A DNA stretch of 63,015 nucleotides, filler included, from Octopus bimaculoides (GCF_001194135.2; 3 parts of 3 records of this genome joined end to end with filler, not necessarily neighbours in it); one strand, 5' to 3'. Counted from the whole stretch's first letter, positions 1-11,364 are shown. The notes: generated from the sequence alone by a model not told the origin. Numbers and translations are program-made.

Positions 1-484
1 TATATATATATATATATATATATATGTATTGGTTAAAACTTAAATTTCATATATATTTCTGCTAGTTTTTAGTGGAGTTGTTGAATTGAACTATCTCTTT
101 GGAGCTATTTTTAGCACTCCCTATGGCTTGTCCTACCCTTCAATGTTGAAAATTATTTCACACCTTGTGCATTCAGTCATTTGAACATAAACAAAAGTCT
201 AGCATGTCTATACAGTTTTTCTGTAAGACAAATTTCTAGCATCAAGGTACTTTTACCAATATTAGTTCTTGGTAATCAATGCCAACTGCTAATATTGATT
301 ATTTGCATCTTTTTTTCTGATTCATGAAACAGGTTTATTTAAAAATGAAATTATTTATTACCATCCAATTGTAAGTGTATCTTCTTTTAGTTTTAATTCT
401 TTGCACCTGTAATTTAGGAATTTTTAATTTACCATTGAAAGGAAGTAATTTTCCTTGCTATTACTACCAGCCAGATGACACGCT

Positions 485-2270
485 TGCTTGAGAAGACCTG
501 TTGAGTTGAGTGTAATCGTAGTCATGGCTGATACACTGGTATCAGCCATGGCTGTGATCTCACTTTACTTGCCGCGTCTTCTCAATCATAGCACATCTCC
601 AAAGACTCGATCTCTTGTCATTGCCTCTGTGAGGCCCAAATTCGAAAGTTGTGTTTCACCACCTCATCCCATGTCTTCCTGGGTCTACCTCTTCCACAGG
701 TTCCTTCCACTGTTAGGGTGTGACACTCCTTCACACAGCTGTCCTCATCCATACACAACACGACAATACCAGCACAGCCACCTCTCTTGCACACCACATT
801 TGATACTTCTTATATCCAACTTATCTCTCAGGGTGCTTACTCTCTGTCATGTATGCACACTGGCATAACACATCCAGTGGATCATACCAGCTTCATTTCT
901 TTCAAGCCTATGCATGTCCTCAGTGGTCATGGTCCATGTTCCACTGGCATATTTGCACACATGCATCATGCTGTCTTTATTACCAGCAGAGGTAGGAGCT
1001 TTCTGAACTTTGCCCAGGCTATTCTTATTCTAGCCACTACACTCTCAGAGTATCCACCTCCATTACTGCCTTGGTCACTTAGGTAGTGGAAGCTATCAAC
1101 TACTTCTAGATTGTGATGGAATCTGATTTCTGTACATCTTTGGTGTTTATTGCTCCTGTGCATCTGCCACACACAAAAGCTATCTTCCCAATTAACCTTC
1201 CTTTGATATTGCTGCAGCTCTTATGTGTCCATAGCTTACACTGGTTCTAGACCTTGCTTCCACACCCTAAACTTTGTCTCTAGTTCTGGCAATGACTTAG
1301 CTATTAGAGCAAGGTCATCAGCATAGAGGAGCTCCCAGGGGCAGCCTGTCTTGAATTCCTCTGTTATTGCCTGGAGGACTGATGAATCAGAGGGGATCGA
1401 GGACTGATCCTTGGTGAACCTCTACTTCTACCCAGAATTCTTCACTATACTCATTGCCAACCCTCACCTTACTGACTCCCCAGTTTCTGCATCGCCTATC
1501 CACTTGTCTATCCCTAGTTTCTGCATTGACCACCAGGTAAGGGATCAGGGGACCCTGTCAAAGGCTTTCTCAATGTCAACAAAAGCCAAGTACAGAGGTT
1601 TATCTTTGGCTAAGTATTTCTCCTGAAGCTGTCTTACCAGAAATATAGCATCAGTGGTGCTTCTACCTGGCACAAAACAAAACTGCATCCCATCTAGGCT
1701 AACTCTCTCCCTAATTAGTTGGGCTATGACCCTCTCCGTGACCTTCATCACCTGATCCAGCAAGTCAACACCCTTGTAGTTATTTCTATCTAAAGCAGCA
1801 CCTTTACCTATGTAGCAGATGACTATGGTGCTGCCACACCAGTGATTGGGTATGACTCATTCATGAACTACCTGATTTATGATACAGTGATTAGACTATA
1901 ACCCACACCACCAGATATGGTAAGCATTTTAGAGGTGATCTCTGATGGGCCAGGGGCCTTCCTTGTCTTCATATCATTAATTGCTTTATCTACCTGGGTA
2001 CTGTTAATTTGGGTAGCTGGTCCCCTCAGTTGGGTCAACCTTTGGCAGGCTCTCTTCCTCCCATTCATTCTCCACATTCAGCAGTCATAATGGCTTCTCC
2101 AAGCCTCTTTCTTTGCAGAATCATTGAACACAAGTACACCATCATCCATGTGGACACATTTCTCTCATCCTTCACACCAATTTCCTTCAACTTCGCTCTA
2201 CCTCAATGTTCTCTCATGTGTCCCTCACTCTCTATTGATATGCTGCCTAAGGTAAGCTCTGATTGAATAG
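485..2270 (-). mobile_element. Degenerate RTE-clade LINE (RT domain to 3' UTR)
   Basis: Minus-strand fragments QFCFVPGRSTTDAIFLVRQLQEKYLAKDKPLYLAFVDIEKAFDRVP and EVVDSFHYL...ARIRIAWAKFRKLLPLL; stops and frameshifts. Confidence 0.92.
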
Positions 2271-2951
2271 TTCTATGGCACACAGAGATCGTTTGAATGG
2301 GGAGGCCTAACCCTCAACTCCTTCCCAGTTAGATGGTGTTTCTCTCTGGCTAAACAACTACACTCAACTCTCTCGTGCAGTGCTGAACTGTAAGGGAGGC
2401 AACCTCTGGATATGTTGCACTTTCTGTACTCGCTACTGTCCAGGTTGGAAGAAATTTCACCACAAACATTTTTGTTGTTGGAAAATTTGCCGTAAAAATA
2501 AACTGCAAAAGAAAAAAGGAATCTCAACTATTTTCTTAAAATGGCAACTTCATCAACTAATTAGAGAAAGGTAATTTCTTTAAAACGAGTCATCTAGTTT
2601 ACAGTTTAATTATGTGCCTCCTTTAGGGTGAAATTTCCTACAGCAAATTTTCTCATGGTAAAAATGTTTACAGAGAATTTTCCGAAGATGCTACTGTCCA
2701 TTCTGATGTGCATAAATTCTGGTGGTAGTCACATCTAAGGTGGGTAAGATAGGCATAACTGGAGTGAGGCAGTGGTTGCTTCGCTACACTCGACTTCCTG
2801 GTGCTGTTGTGCAGAGTGCGGCGCTGGTGAGGCTGTGGGTGGAGATTGCAACTAATTTCGTGCATCTACATTGCTTTGCTAGCCTGGCCTGAGTGGGAGA
2901 GGCAGTGTTTTTAGGAGGCTATTGTAGTAGTGTTCTGTATGTACATATATA

Positions 2952-3328
2952 TATTCTTTTATTCTTTTACTTGTTTCAGTCATTTGACTGCGGCCAGGCA
3001 GGAGCACCACCTGTAATGGAAGAAATCAACCCTAGGACTTATTCTTTGTAAGCTTAGTACTTATTCTATTGGTCTCTTTTGCTGAACCGCTAAGTTATGG
3101 GGATGTAAACACACCGACATCGGTTGTCAAGTGATGGTGGTGGGACAAACATAGACTCACAAACATATACATATACGATGGGCTTCTTTCAGTTTCCGTC
3201 TACCAAATCCACCCACAAGGCTTTAGTTGGCCTGTGGCTATAGTAGAAGACACTTGCCCAAGGTGCCACATAGTGGGAATGAAACTGGAACCATGTGGTT
3301 GGGAAGCAAGCTTCTTACCACACAGCCA

Positions 3329-3329
<1 letters not shown>
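2952..3329 (-). mobile_element. Family A tRNA-headed SINE, near full length
   Basis: Head GTGGCTGTGTGGTAAG (A box), B-box-like segment, tail ...TGACTGAAACAAGTAAAAGAATAAAAGAAT; more than 10 copies in window. Confidence 0.85.
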
Positions 3330-3419
<90 letters not shown>

Positions 3420-3469
3420 CCCTCTCTCTTGGAGAGGCACAAGCACATACACACACATATACACACGCG

Positions 3470-3614
3470 GCAGTAGCTTCCACCTACCAAATTCAGTCAC
3501 AAAGCTTCAGTCGGCACAGGGCTATAGCAGAAGACACTTGCCTAAGGTGCCATGCAGTGGGACTGAACCCGAAACCATGTAGCTGGGAAGCAAGCTTCCT
3601 AACCACACAGCCAT
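3470..3614 (-). mobile_element. Family A SINE 5' half
   Basis: Repeats 3185-3329 in the same orientation across a (TA)n tract. Confidence 0.8.
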
Positions 3615-3673
3615 GAACCCATGCCAGCATGGAAAGCAGACGTTAAACAATGATGATGATATATATATATATA

Positions 3674-4050
3674 GTGGAGGTGCAATGGCCAAGTGGTTAG
3701 GGCAGCGGATTCGCAGTCATAGGATCGCGTTTTCAATTCCCAGACCAGGCGTTGTGAATGTTTATTGAGCAAAAACACCTAAAGTTCCACGAGGCTCCAG
3801 CAGGGGATGGTGGCGAACCCTGCTATACTCTTCCACCATAACTTTCTCTCACTCTTACTTCCTGTTTCTGTTGTGCCTGTAATTCAAAGGGTCAGCCTTG
3901 TCACACTGTGTCACACTGAATCTCCCCGAGAACTATGTTAAGGGTACACATGTCTGTGGAGTGCTCAGCCACTTGCACGTTAATTTCATGAGCAGGCTGT
4001 TCCGTTGATCGAATCAACTGGAACCCTCGACGTCGTAAGCGACGGAGTGC

Positions 4051-4055
<5 letters not shown>
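3674..4055 (+). mobile_element. tRNA-headed SINE of a distinct family (single copy here)
   Basis: TGGCCAAGTGG A box, degenerate B box, unique body, ends in (AT)n. Confidence 0.75.
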
Positions 4056-4095
<40 letters not shown>

Positions 4096-4139
4096 GGTTG
4101 TTAATGGAGTGAAAAAGACTGACGTGGGTTGAAGCAAGC

Positions 4140-4805
4140 AGGGGATGACATGGTTTAAAACTCTTTAGCTGAAAAGTCACCCAATGATCCATTTGGTCCC
4201 TATGACATCCCAACACTTTTGTAGCAGATTCAAAACTGAATCGCTGGAAAGCTGAGTAAATGTAATGGCAAAGCCACAATCATTTCATGTGATTGGTCAA
4301 TTAACTAGCCAATCAGTGTTAAGCCATCGTGTAATTTGACTTTCTACAGGGTGTCCACAAAGTCTAGGTACATGGGGATTGACACATACTTTAAGAAATT
4401 ATTATTTCTTATATTTAATTGTTTATGTTATGATTTTATTTACTCCATGTACCCAGACCTTGTGGACACCCTGTAGAACTTTCCCATTATATAAATGTGG
4501 TTTTTGGCAGCAGCTCCATAATGTGAGGCAGCTACTCCCAGAATATTGAGGCAGATTTTGGTGTCATGAATATAACGCAATTATTTTCCTGTTGTGATGA
4601 GTCAGCCATAGATTGTTACATTCCAGTTAAATTGTTGTAGATCCCAGTAATATGTCTCTCCCCGGTGTGTATAAATTGTTGCTGTCATTTTACATTGAAA
4701 GACCAACACAGAAAACACCATGTGCAGAAAATAAAACTTGTCAGTTGTTTGTGAATGTTGTTAATTATTTTCACACACATTCCTAGAAAGACATTTTCAT
4801 TCTCT
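4140..4805. repeat. Old interspersed repeat, copy 1 (paralogue at about 16270-16890)
   Basis: Shared blocks tttcatgtgattggtc.attaa..agccaatcag, aatataa.gcaattattttcc.gttgtgatg, aaagaccaacaca, acattttcattc in the same order. Confidence 0.75.
4347..4473. mobile_element. 127-bp Tc1/mariner-type MITE with TA TSD
   Basis: TIRs CAGGGTGTCCACAAAGTCTAGGTACATGG / CCATGTACCCAGACCTTGTGGACACCCTG, flanked by TA on both sides. Confidence 0.92.
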
Positions 4806-4857
4806 ACCAACATCAAGGACCCAACAACATCTAAGGACACTTTTAGTAACAAAATAT

Positions 4858-4863
4858 TTTATT
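4858..4863 (-). terminator. Candidate polyadenylation signal AATAAA of SMYD4
   Basis: tttatt on + strand, about 40 nt past the stop; AT-rich context makes a chance match possible. Confidence 0.35.
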
Positions 4864-4903
4864 ATCTTGCTATGGATTAACAGAATTAGATTTAATGTTT
4901 TCC

Positions 4904-5157
4904 TTATTCTTGTAAATCAAGTTTAGATTCAAGCAAAGCAAGTTCTCCGTATTCAGGACATTTCAAACCAAAATGTATAGCAAATAAACTTTTTGCTCGG
5001 TTGATAGTTTTTAAAGCTTTTTTCTTTTCTCCTGCTATGTAGAGTAGTTCGCAGAATTTCTGGAGTTCCCGTGCCAATTCCAGGCTACCACTGCCATAAC
5101 AATCTTCAGTAATTGTCAAACTGGATTCTAAGACTTTGCAAGCTTCTTTGTATTTAC
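4904..5157 (-). CDS. SMYD4: SMYD4 last coding exon: (G)KYKEACKVLESSLTITEDCYGSGSLELARELQKFCELL...KLDLQE*
   Basis: TTTTCAG acceptor, 254 nt to TAA at 4906-4904; YGxxSxExxxELxK motif of the SMYD C-terminal domain. Confidence 0.93.
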
Positions 5158-5569
5158 CTGAAAATAGAAAAATATCTTAGTTTAAAGACTCAGGCACATC
5201 TTGGAAAAACTGTTACGGCTGTTGCTTAAAAATGCGAAAGTGGATGGGAAAGAATTATTGTGAAATACTGATGTTGTTGCCCTGTGTATTAGAATAGGTT
5301 CGTTGCAGCATCCCTACATATCTCATAAGAAGCAACAGTTGGTGACAGGAAGAGCACCCAGCTATAAGACACTGCTTCCTGCAATGGAAATCAACACTCT
5401 CCCTGCAATATTCGCATGGGAAAGGAGACATAAAACAATGATGACTTTGTTATTATGATTTGTTGTTTCTAAGCCTCAAATATGTTCTTCAAAAACTTTA
5501 TTATTACATCGATATCTGTTGCTCCCGAATGAAATCTGATGTGAGTTATCTCACTTGTCTATGACTTGC

Positions 5570-5980
5570 AGGTATTTTAACACCAAGCACATTGATGAGA
5601 ATATATTCTCTTATGTTAATAAAATAAGTACCAGTTGTGTACTGGAGTCAGTGCAATTGACTTTGACCCTCCCCTGAACTTGCTGGCCTTCAGCCAAAAT
5701 CGTCGTCGTCGTCGTCGCCGCCGCCGCCGCCGTCGTTGTTGTTGTTATTAAGGTGGCGAGCTGGCAGAAACATTAGCATGCTGGATGAAATGCTTAGTGG
5801 TATTTCATCTGTCTTTACATTCTGAGTTCAAATTCCGCCAAGGTCCACTTTGCCTTTCATCCTTTTGGGGGTCAATAAATTAAGTACTAGTTGTGTACTG
5901 GGGTCAATCTGATCAACTGGACCCTTCCCCCAAAAAATTTCAGGCATTGTGCCTATGATAGAAAGTATTATTATTATTAT
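5570..5980 (+). mobile_element. Family C SINEs (partial copy, then near-full copy at 5750-5980)
   Basis: GGCGAGCTGGCAGAA head, GAGTTCAAATTCC B box, core TTTGCCTTTCATCCTTTYGGGGTCRATAAATTAAGTAC. Confidence 0.85.
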
Positions 5981-6103
5981 ATGAAAATTCCCAGCTTATT
6001 TTGCTGGGTATGATGGAAAGTGTCAGCTGTCCAAAGCCAACAGACTAAGGTGACACTTGTTTACTGGTTATGCTTCAAGAACCCTGCGACAAAGAATTCT
6101 TGC

Positions 6104-6230
6104 AAAATACCTTAGGAATGAGAACCCAGGTTCGAAATTTCCCCAAGACACCTGATGAAGGCTGGAGGGTATATCAGCTGAAACGTTGTATTAACAACAA
6201 ACAAGATGAGGACAAATATCTGTCAAATGT
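6104..6230 (+). mobile_element. 5'-truncated copy of the SINE-like element with a hammerhead-like tail (full copy at 19311)
   Basis: Near-identical to 19400-19520; contains CTGATGA A GGCTG..CAGCT GAAA. Confidence 0.85.
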
Positions 6231-6316
6231 CTACTTTGTAGCTTTGAGATTTTGATGACATGATTGTTTCTTTCTGAGACTGACATTGTAAATAAATAAA
6301 TAAAACCAATACCAAC

Positions 6317-6430
6317 CAAGAGAAGCTAAACATCGAGCAATGCAATCCTGTATTTCCCCGTAATCTTTAGTGTGGTGTGCAAGCAGTTTCTTGCGTAGAT
6401 CAGCGCAGACACGGAATGTAGCGAGGGCAT
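6317..6430 (-). CDS. SMYD4: SMYD4 C-terminal TPR-like exon: (D)ALATFRVCADLRKKLLAHHTKDYGEIQDCIARCLASL(G)
   Basis: TTCCTCAG acceptor, GTTGGT donor, 114 nt, phase 1/1; GEIxDxxARxxAxLG pattern. Confidence 0.9.
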
Positions 6431-6772
6431 CTGAGGAATAGAGACATTGTAGTTAGAGACGGTTTGAGGCAAGCAATTAGACTTTGCAGACAATTGTGGG
6501 ATTGTAGATATTGGGATGCTATGATAAAGTCGGTGAGAATTTAAACAAAATAAATCATATAAATATATAACCAGTGTGTATGTAAAGATATCTATGTATA
6601 CGAATGCACACGCATATACACACAAATATATTTTTCTATTGAACCACAGGGGCTAAACAAAGAGGGGACAAACAAGGATAGACAAAGGGATTAAGTCGAT
6701 TACATCTACCCCAGTACGTAACTGGTACTTATTTAATTGACTGAAACAAGAGACAAATGATAAAAGACCTAC

Positions 6773-6905
6773 CTTCAATATTATTTGATTCCAGTAAAGA
6801 CAGAGCCTTGTTGAAGTTATTTGCTTCACCAAGTAAAGCTGACTTTGTGTGCTCCTTGGCATTTTCACATGGTAACTGAGAGAAACATTGACAGCAATCT
6901 TCGTC
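6773..6905 (-). CDS. SMYD4: SMYD4 exon: DEDCCQCFSQLPCENAKEH...NFNKALSLLESNNIE
   Basis: CTCCAG acceptor, GTAGGT donor, 133 nt, phase 0/1, open frame linking flanking exons. Confidence 0.8.
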
Positions 6906-7016
6906 CTGGAGAGTCAAGGTGTCAAAAAATTATTTCAATGAATTTAAAAATGATGTATTTGTTTAACAAGTTATAGAATTTTGAATATTGATATATGGTG
7001 GTTGTNNNNNNNNNNT

Positions 7017-7289
7017 TTTTAAACCAGACAATGTTTTGAAAAGACACCTACATAAATTGCATATCTGCTTTGGACCACCAAGAGCTGCAGTTAAGTTCTG
7101 ATCTTTGTGGATCATAAAATGTCTTTTGAGACCTCCATTAGATTTGCAGACCTTATGGCATACACAACATTGAAAGGTGGGCAGAGATATTTAGGCAGAA
7201 TAGTTGGTGGAGGTTAGTTTTTCATGGGTTCTCAAATTAGATTTGGGCCCAGGCATGCTCTGTCACAAACTGTGCAGACAAAAAGGTCA
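7017..7289 (-). pseudogene. Degenerate triple C2H2 zinc-finger coding relic (intronic, same strand as SMYD4)
   Basis: FVCTVCDRAC/fs/KSNLRTHEK ... * ... FQCCVCHKVCKSNGGLKRHFMIH ... ICNLCRCLFKTLSGLK, cut by the N-gap at 7006-7015. Confidence 0.7.
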
Positions 7290-7427
7290 CTGAGAATATA
7301 TTGATATATAAATGTATGGATTCATGTAGAGTTGTGTACAGTTATATTTACATGTGTGTGTGCTCACAATGGAAGAAATTGAAAAGGTTTAAATCTGCTT
7401 GTAACAAACATATCTTGCATATGCTGC

Positions 7428-7815
7428 AGGTGTGGTGGTACAATATGAAATTTACTTCTCAACTGCATGGCTCTGGGTTCAACCCTACTGCATAGCATCT
7501 TGGGCAAGTGTCTTCTACTATAACTTCGGGACAACCAAAGCCATGTGAGTGGATTTGGTAAATGGAAACTGAAAGAAACCCTTCATATACATATGTGTAT
7601 ATGTGTGTGTGTGTTTGTCCCGCTGCTTGATAATCAGTGCTGGTTTATTTACATCTGTGTAACTTAGCAGTTTGGCAAAAGCGACCGATAGAATAAGTAC
7701 CAGGCTTTATAGGAAAAAAATAAGTATTGGGGTTGATTTATTTCATTAAAAACCCTTCAAGGTGGTGCCCCAGCATGGCCACAGACTAATGATTGAAACA
7801 TGTGAAAGACATGAA
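7428..7815 (+). mobile_element. Family A SINE
   Basis: Head-to-tail homology with 2952-3329, opposite orientation. Confidence 0.8.
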
Positions 7816-8076
7816 GATTAAGAATAATGATGCCTTTCAGACATACTGAAGGAGAATGTTGTGTAAAAGCAGAGAAAAAAGACTTTGGAAGAGAATATGG
7901 TGGAGAGTCGATGCAGGGTGAACATCAGAGAGAGTTGCTGTATAAGGTGGAGGGCAAAGGTTTTGGTGTATGGCACAGAGTTGTGATAGTAATGGTGATG
8001 ATGATTGTAAAAAAGTGACTATGGTTACGGTTGTGGTGGTCAGGACAATGGTGATGGTGAGGATAAAAAAAAACAA

Positions 8077-8462
8077 TTCTTTTATTCTTTTACTTGTTTC
8101 AGTCGATTGACTGTGGCCATGCTAGAGCACTGCCTTTGACTGAACAAATCGACTCCAGGACTTATTTTTTGTGAGCCTAATACTTATTCTGTTGGTCTCT
8201 TTTGCTGAACCACTAAGTTACAGGGATGTAAACACCCCAACATCAATTGTCAAGCGATGGAGGTGTAGGGTGGACAAACATAGACACACACACACACACA
8301 TATGACAAGGTTCTTTCAGTTTCCATCCACCAAATCCACTCACAAGGCTTTGGTCAGCCCAAGGCTACAGAAGACACTTGCCCAATGTGCCATGCAGTGG
8401 GACTGAACCTGGAACCATGTGGTTGGGAAGCAAGCTTCTTATCATACAACTTCTTACCACAG
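8077..8462 (-). mobile_element. Family A SINE
   Basis: Tail and head blocks as in 2952-3329. Confidence 0.85.
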
Positions 8463-8662
8463 TCAGGACGATGGTAAAAATATAAAAAAAATAATAAAAA
8501 TGTTGATAATTGGGATTACAGTTAAGAGAACGGTGGTGGTAGTGGTGGTGAGAGTAATGAAAGAAACAAAGATTATGATAGAATTAGTGGTGGTGGTCGT
8601 TGTATTAATAGAGGTGATGGTAGTGGTGGTAGATGGTGGGAGTAGTAATAACCATAATATAC

Positions 8663-8781
8663 CGAAGATGAAGGTCTGTGGGAACCTTCCAGAATGCAGG
8701 CTTCACACTGACATATAAAGGAATATTGATCCTTCAGAATCTGTTGACGTTCTACAAAATCCATTCTGAAGCTGTGGGGCC
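8663..8781 (-). CDS. SMYD4: SMYD4 post-SET exon: (G)PHSFRMDFVERQQILKDQYSFICQCEACILEGSHRPSSS
   Basis: TTGCAG acceptor, GTATAT donor (donor less certain), 119 nt, phase 1/0; ERQxxLxxQYxFxCxCxAC motif. Confidence 0.9.
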
Positions 8782-8929
8782 CTGCAATGAGAAAATGAAA
8801 TGATTGATTGGTGAATGCCAGAACCATTCCAAAGTAATGACTAAACTGTGCCAAAGATGATGTCAGAAGTGTTTCATGAACTATGTCAGAGCTATTCCAA
8901 AGTCTTGTCATAAATGTGCCAAATTCTTT

Positions 8930-9137
8930 TCTACTCTAGGTAAAAGGCCTGAAATTTTGGGGGAGGGAGCCAGTCGATTAGATTGACCCCAGTATGCAAC
9001 TGGTACTTAATTTATCAACCCCCAAAAGGATGTAAGGCCAAGTCAACCACGGCAGAATTTGAACTCAGAATGTAACGGCAGACGAAAATACCGCTAAGCA
9101 TTTCACCCAGTGTGCTAACGATTCTGCCAGCTCGCTG
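8930..9137 (-). mobile_element. Family C SINE
   Basis: Reverse complement of family C head, core and tail. Confidence 0.85.
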
Positions 9138-9769
9138 CTATAAATGTGTCAAATTCATACAAGAGCTGTGCTAAAAGATTTACCAGACTTGTACCTCCAA
9201 GATATGTCAAACCACCCTAAAATTATGTTAGAGCTGCACCAACATCATGTCAGAATGATTATGTTAGAGTTATGGTATTAGTATGTTAAAATTAAGTTGA
9301 AGCATTGCCAAAGTTCAAAACTTTTCTATTGTTTGATCAAAAATTATGTCAAAGTCATTCTAGAACTGTCCCAAAGTTGTGTTGGAGTTATTCCAAAGGC
9401 AAAATCAAAGCCATGCCCCAGGCACATTCTGAACTGTGTCCAAGTCATGTAAAAGTTCTGCCAGGTTGCATTAGAAATGTGTTCATATAATATATTAGAG
9501 CTGTACCCCAGTCATACGAAAACTGAACAGAAACCCCATTGAAGATGCGTAAAAATGGTGTAGTACAAGAATTGTCTGTGTAAGGTCTATCAATCTGTTA
9601 TTTGGGACCAGAGAAATGGAAAAGCTGAACTCCTCAAGAATATCACTTCAACTATTTTACTCCATTCAGCTTTGTCTCCAAAAAATTAAAGTAAGATGTT
9701 AGTGAACTGTGAATATCAAAGAGCAGCACTAAACGGTACAGCACTAAGTGGTGCAGCACTAAACGGTGT

Positions 9770-9985
9770 GAAGCTGGCAGAAATGTGACTGTGCTGGACA
9801 AAACGCTTCCTGGCAGTTCACCTGTCTTTACGTTCTGGGTTCAAACTCTGCCAAAGTTGATTTTTGCCTTTAATCCCTTTGGGGGTCAATGAAATAGGTA
9901 CCAGCTGAGCACTGGGGTTGATGTAATCGACTTACTCCAACCCCCGAAATTACTGGCCTTGTGCCAAAATTTGAAACGAATAACA
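9770..9985 (+). mobile_element. Family C SINE
   Basis: AGCTGGCAGAA head, GGTTCAAACTC B box, core. Confidence 0.8.
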
Positions 9986-10104
9986 ATATTCATTTTATAG
10001 ATCTACAGCATTTATAACATTGGTAATATTTTATATTTCCAGACATAAAGAGATTTACTTTTCATTTACGTTTCTGACTGCCTTGCTTGCATACAAAGGA
10101 TGAT

Positions 10105-10292
10105 TAGCTCCTGTGCCGGTGGCACATAAAAAACACCCACTACACTCTCAGAATGGTTGGCATTAGGAGGAGCATCCAGTTGTAGAAACATTGCCAGATC
10201 AGTTTGGAGCCTGGCTTCCCAGTCAAACCATCCAACCCATGCCAGCATGGAAAACAGACGTTAGATGATGATGATGATAATGATGATGATGA
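10105..10292 (+). mobile_element. Family B element (RTE-type 3' tail ending in (GAT)n)
   Basis: GGTTGGC.TTAGGA.G.GCATCCAG.TGTAGAAAC ... CCAACCCATGCCAGCATGGAAA..GACGTTA.ATGATG. Confidence 0.85.
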
Positions 10293-10414
10293 TTTATTTA
10301 TACTAAAGGTAATATTGATGAGCAATAAAAGTGTACCACACGCATTACAATATAGTACAAGTATAACCTGGATATCGAAATGTGATATTATGAAAGATTA
10401 AAATATTATTGTAC

Positions 10415-10488
10415 CATAGCAGCTGAAAACTTCTTTTCCTTCTGAGATGTCTTTCACTGAACGAACAACCAACGTATCTTTCTGAAAA
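10415..10488 (-). CDS. SMYD4: SMYD4 SET-C exon: (S)FQKDTLVVRSVKDISEGKEVFSCY(G)
   Basis: CTTTAG acceptor, GTACAA donor, 74 nt, phase 2/1; VRxxxDIxxGxE..xY motif. Confidence 0.93.
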
Positions 10489-10930
10489 CTAAAGGCAAAC
10501 ATTATAACAGGTTTTGGTTCAAAATTTCATTTTATAATTTTACCAATCTTTTCTGTTTGTTTTTAACCCATTTTAGCATTTAAACTGACCATGTCCAGGC
10601 CAAATATTTTACTTGTTTTATGTTCAAGCTGACCAGATCCTGCCTCTCACACCCACCCTACAATGTCATTCTAAAAATAAACAATAACATCAATGAAATC
10701 TTGAATCTATGAAATAATACATGATTAATTCAAAACAATGTGAATAAACAAACATTACATTTGACAGAGGAATCTGAGTGATGAGGAGTTAAACAAAATG
10801 TAAAACTTAATAATTTCATAAAAATTTCAACTTTTGCTTATAATTTCTTAAAAATATGAAATATTCCAAATTTGAAATCAAAATGAAGAAATAGCAAAAT
10901 CTCAAGGAAGCAAAAAGTAAATAGCTGTAC

Positions 10931-11265
10931 CTTAAAGATATGGAAGGCTGACAAGAATGGTTTAGAAGACTAACTGTCGGATACACAGCTGTAGCGAGGC
11001 GGACTTGACTGGTTGTTTGTATAGAAACTCCATCATTCACTGTGGTAGGTCTTGGATCAGAAAAGTCTAGTTTCGTTATGGCATGAGCATTACATATGAG
11101 TTGTTGAATGTGATGTAATAGAACAGCGCCAATATAACGGTGTGGCTCAGACCACAATAAATGGCTTTCCTTTGTCTTGTTGTCATAATTGTCTAAAATT
11201 TGTTGAACTGTGTACTTCTGGAACCATCCAGATTGATTCAATATAAGAAGCAAGAGAACTGCAGT
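10931..11265 (-). CDS. SMYD4: SMYD4 SET core exon: TAVLLL...LLHHIQQLICNAHAI...QVRLATAVYPTVSLLNHSCQPSISL
   Basis: TTTTATCAG acceptor, GTACAG donor, 335 nt, phase 0/2; CNAHAI and SLLNHSCxP SET motifs intact. Confidence 0.97.
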
Positions 11266-11364
11266 CTGATAAAACAAAATTTGGATAAAAATGTTTTTTA
11301 TATCTTAAATGAAAAATTTATAAAACACATCAAACATCATTTTATTTGGCTTTTCAAAACTTTA

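Noticed and set aside
488-868. 126-aa + strand ORF and similar antisense ORFs over RTE copies
   Set aside because: Antisense readings of RTE ORF2 relics.
3200-3616. ORFs rich in IY, CV, LS or HT dipeptides here and throughout 41-63 kb
   Set aside because: Translations of (TA)n, (TG)n, (TC)n, (CA)n and (CTAT)n microsatellites.
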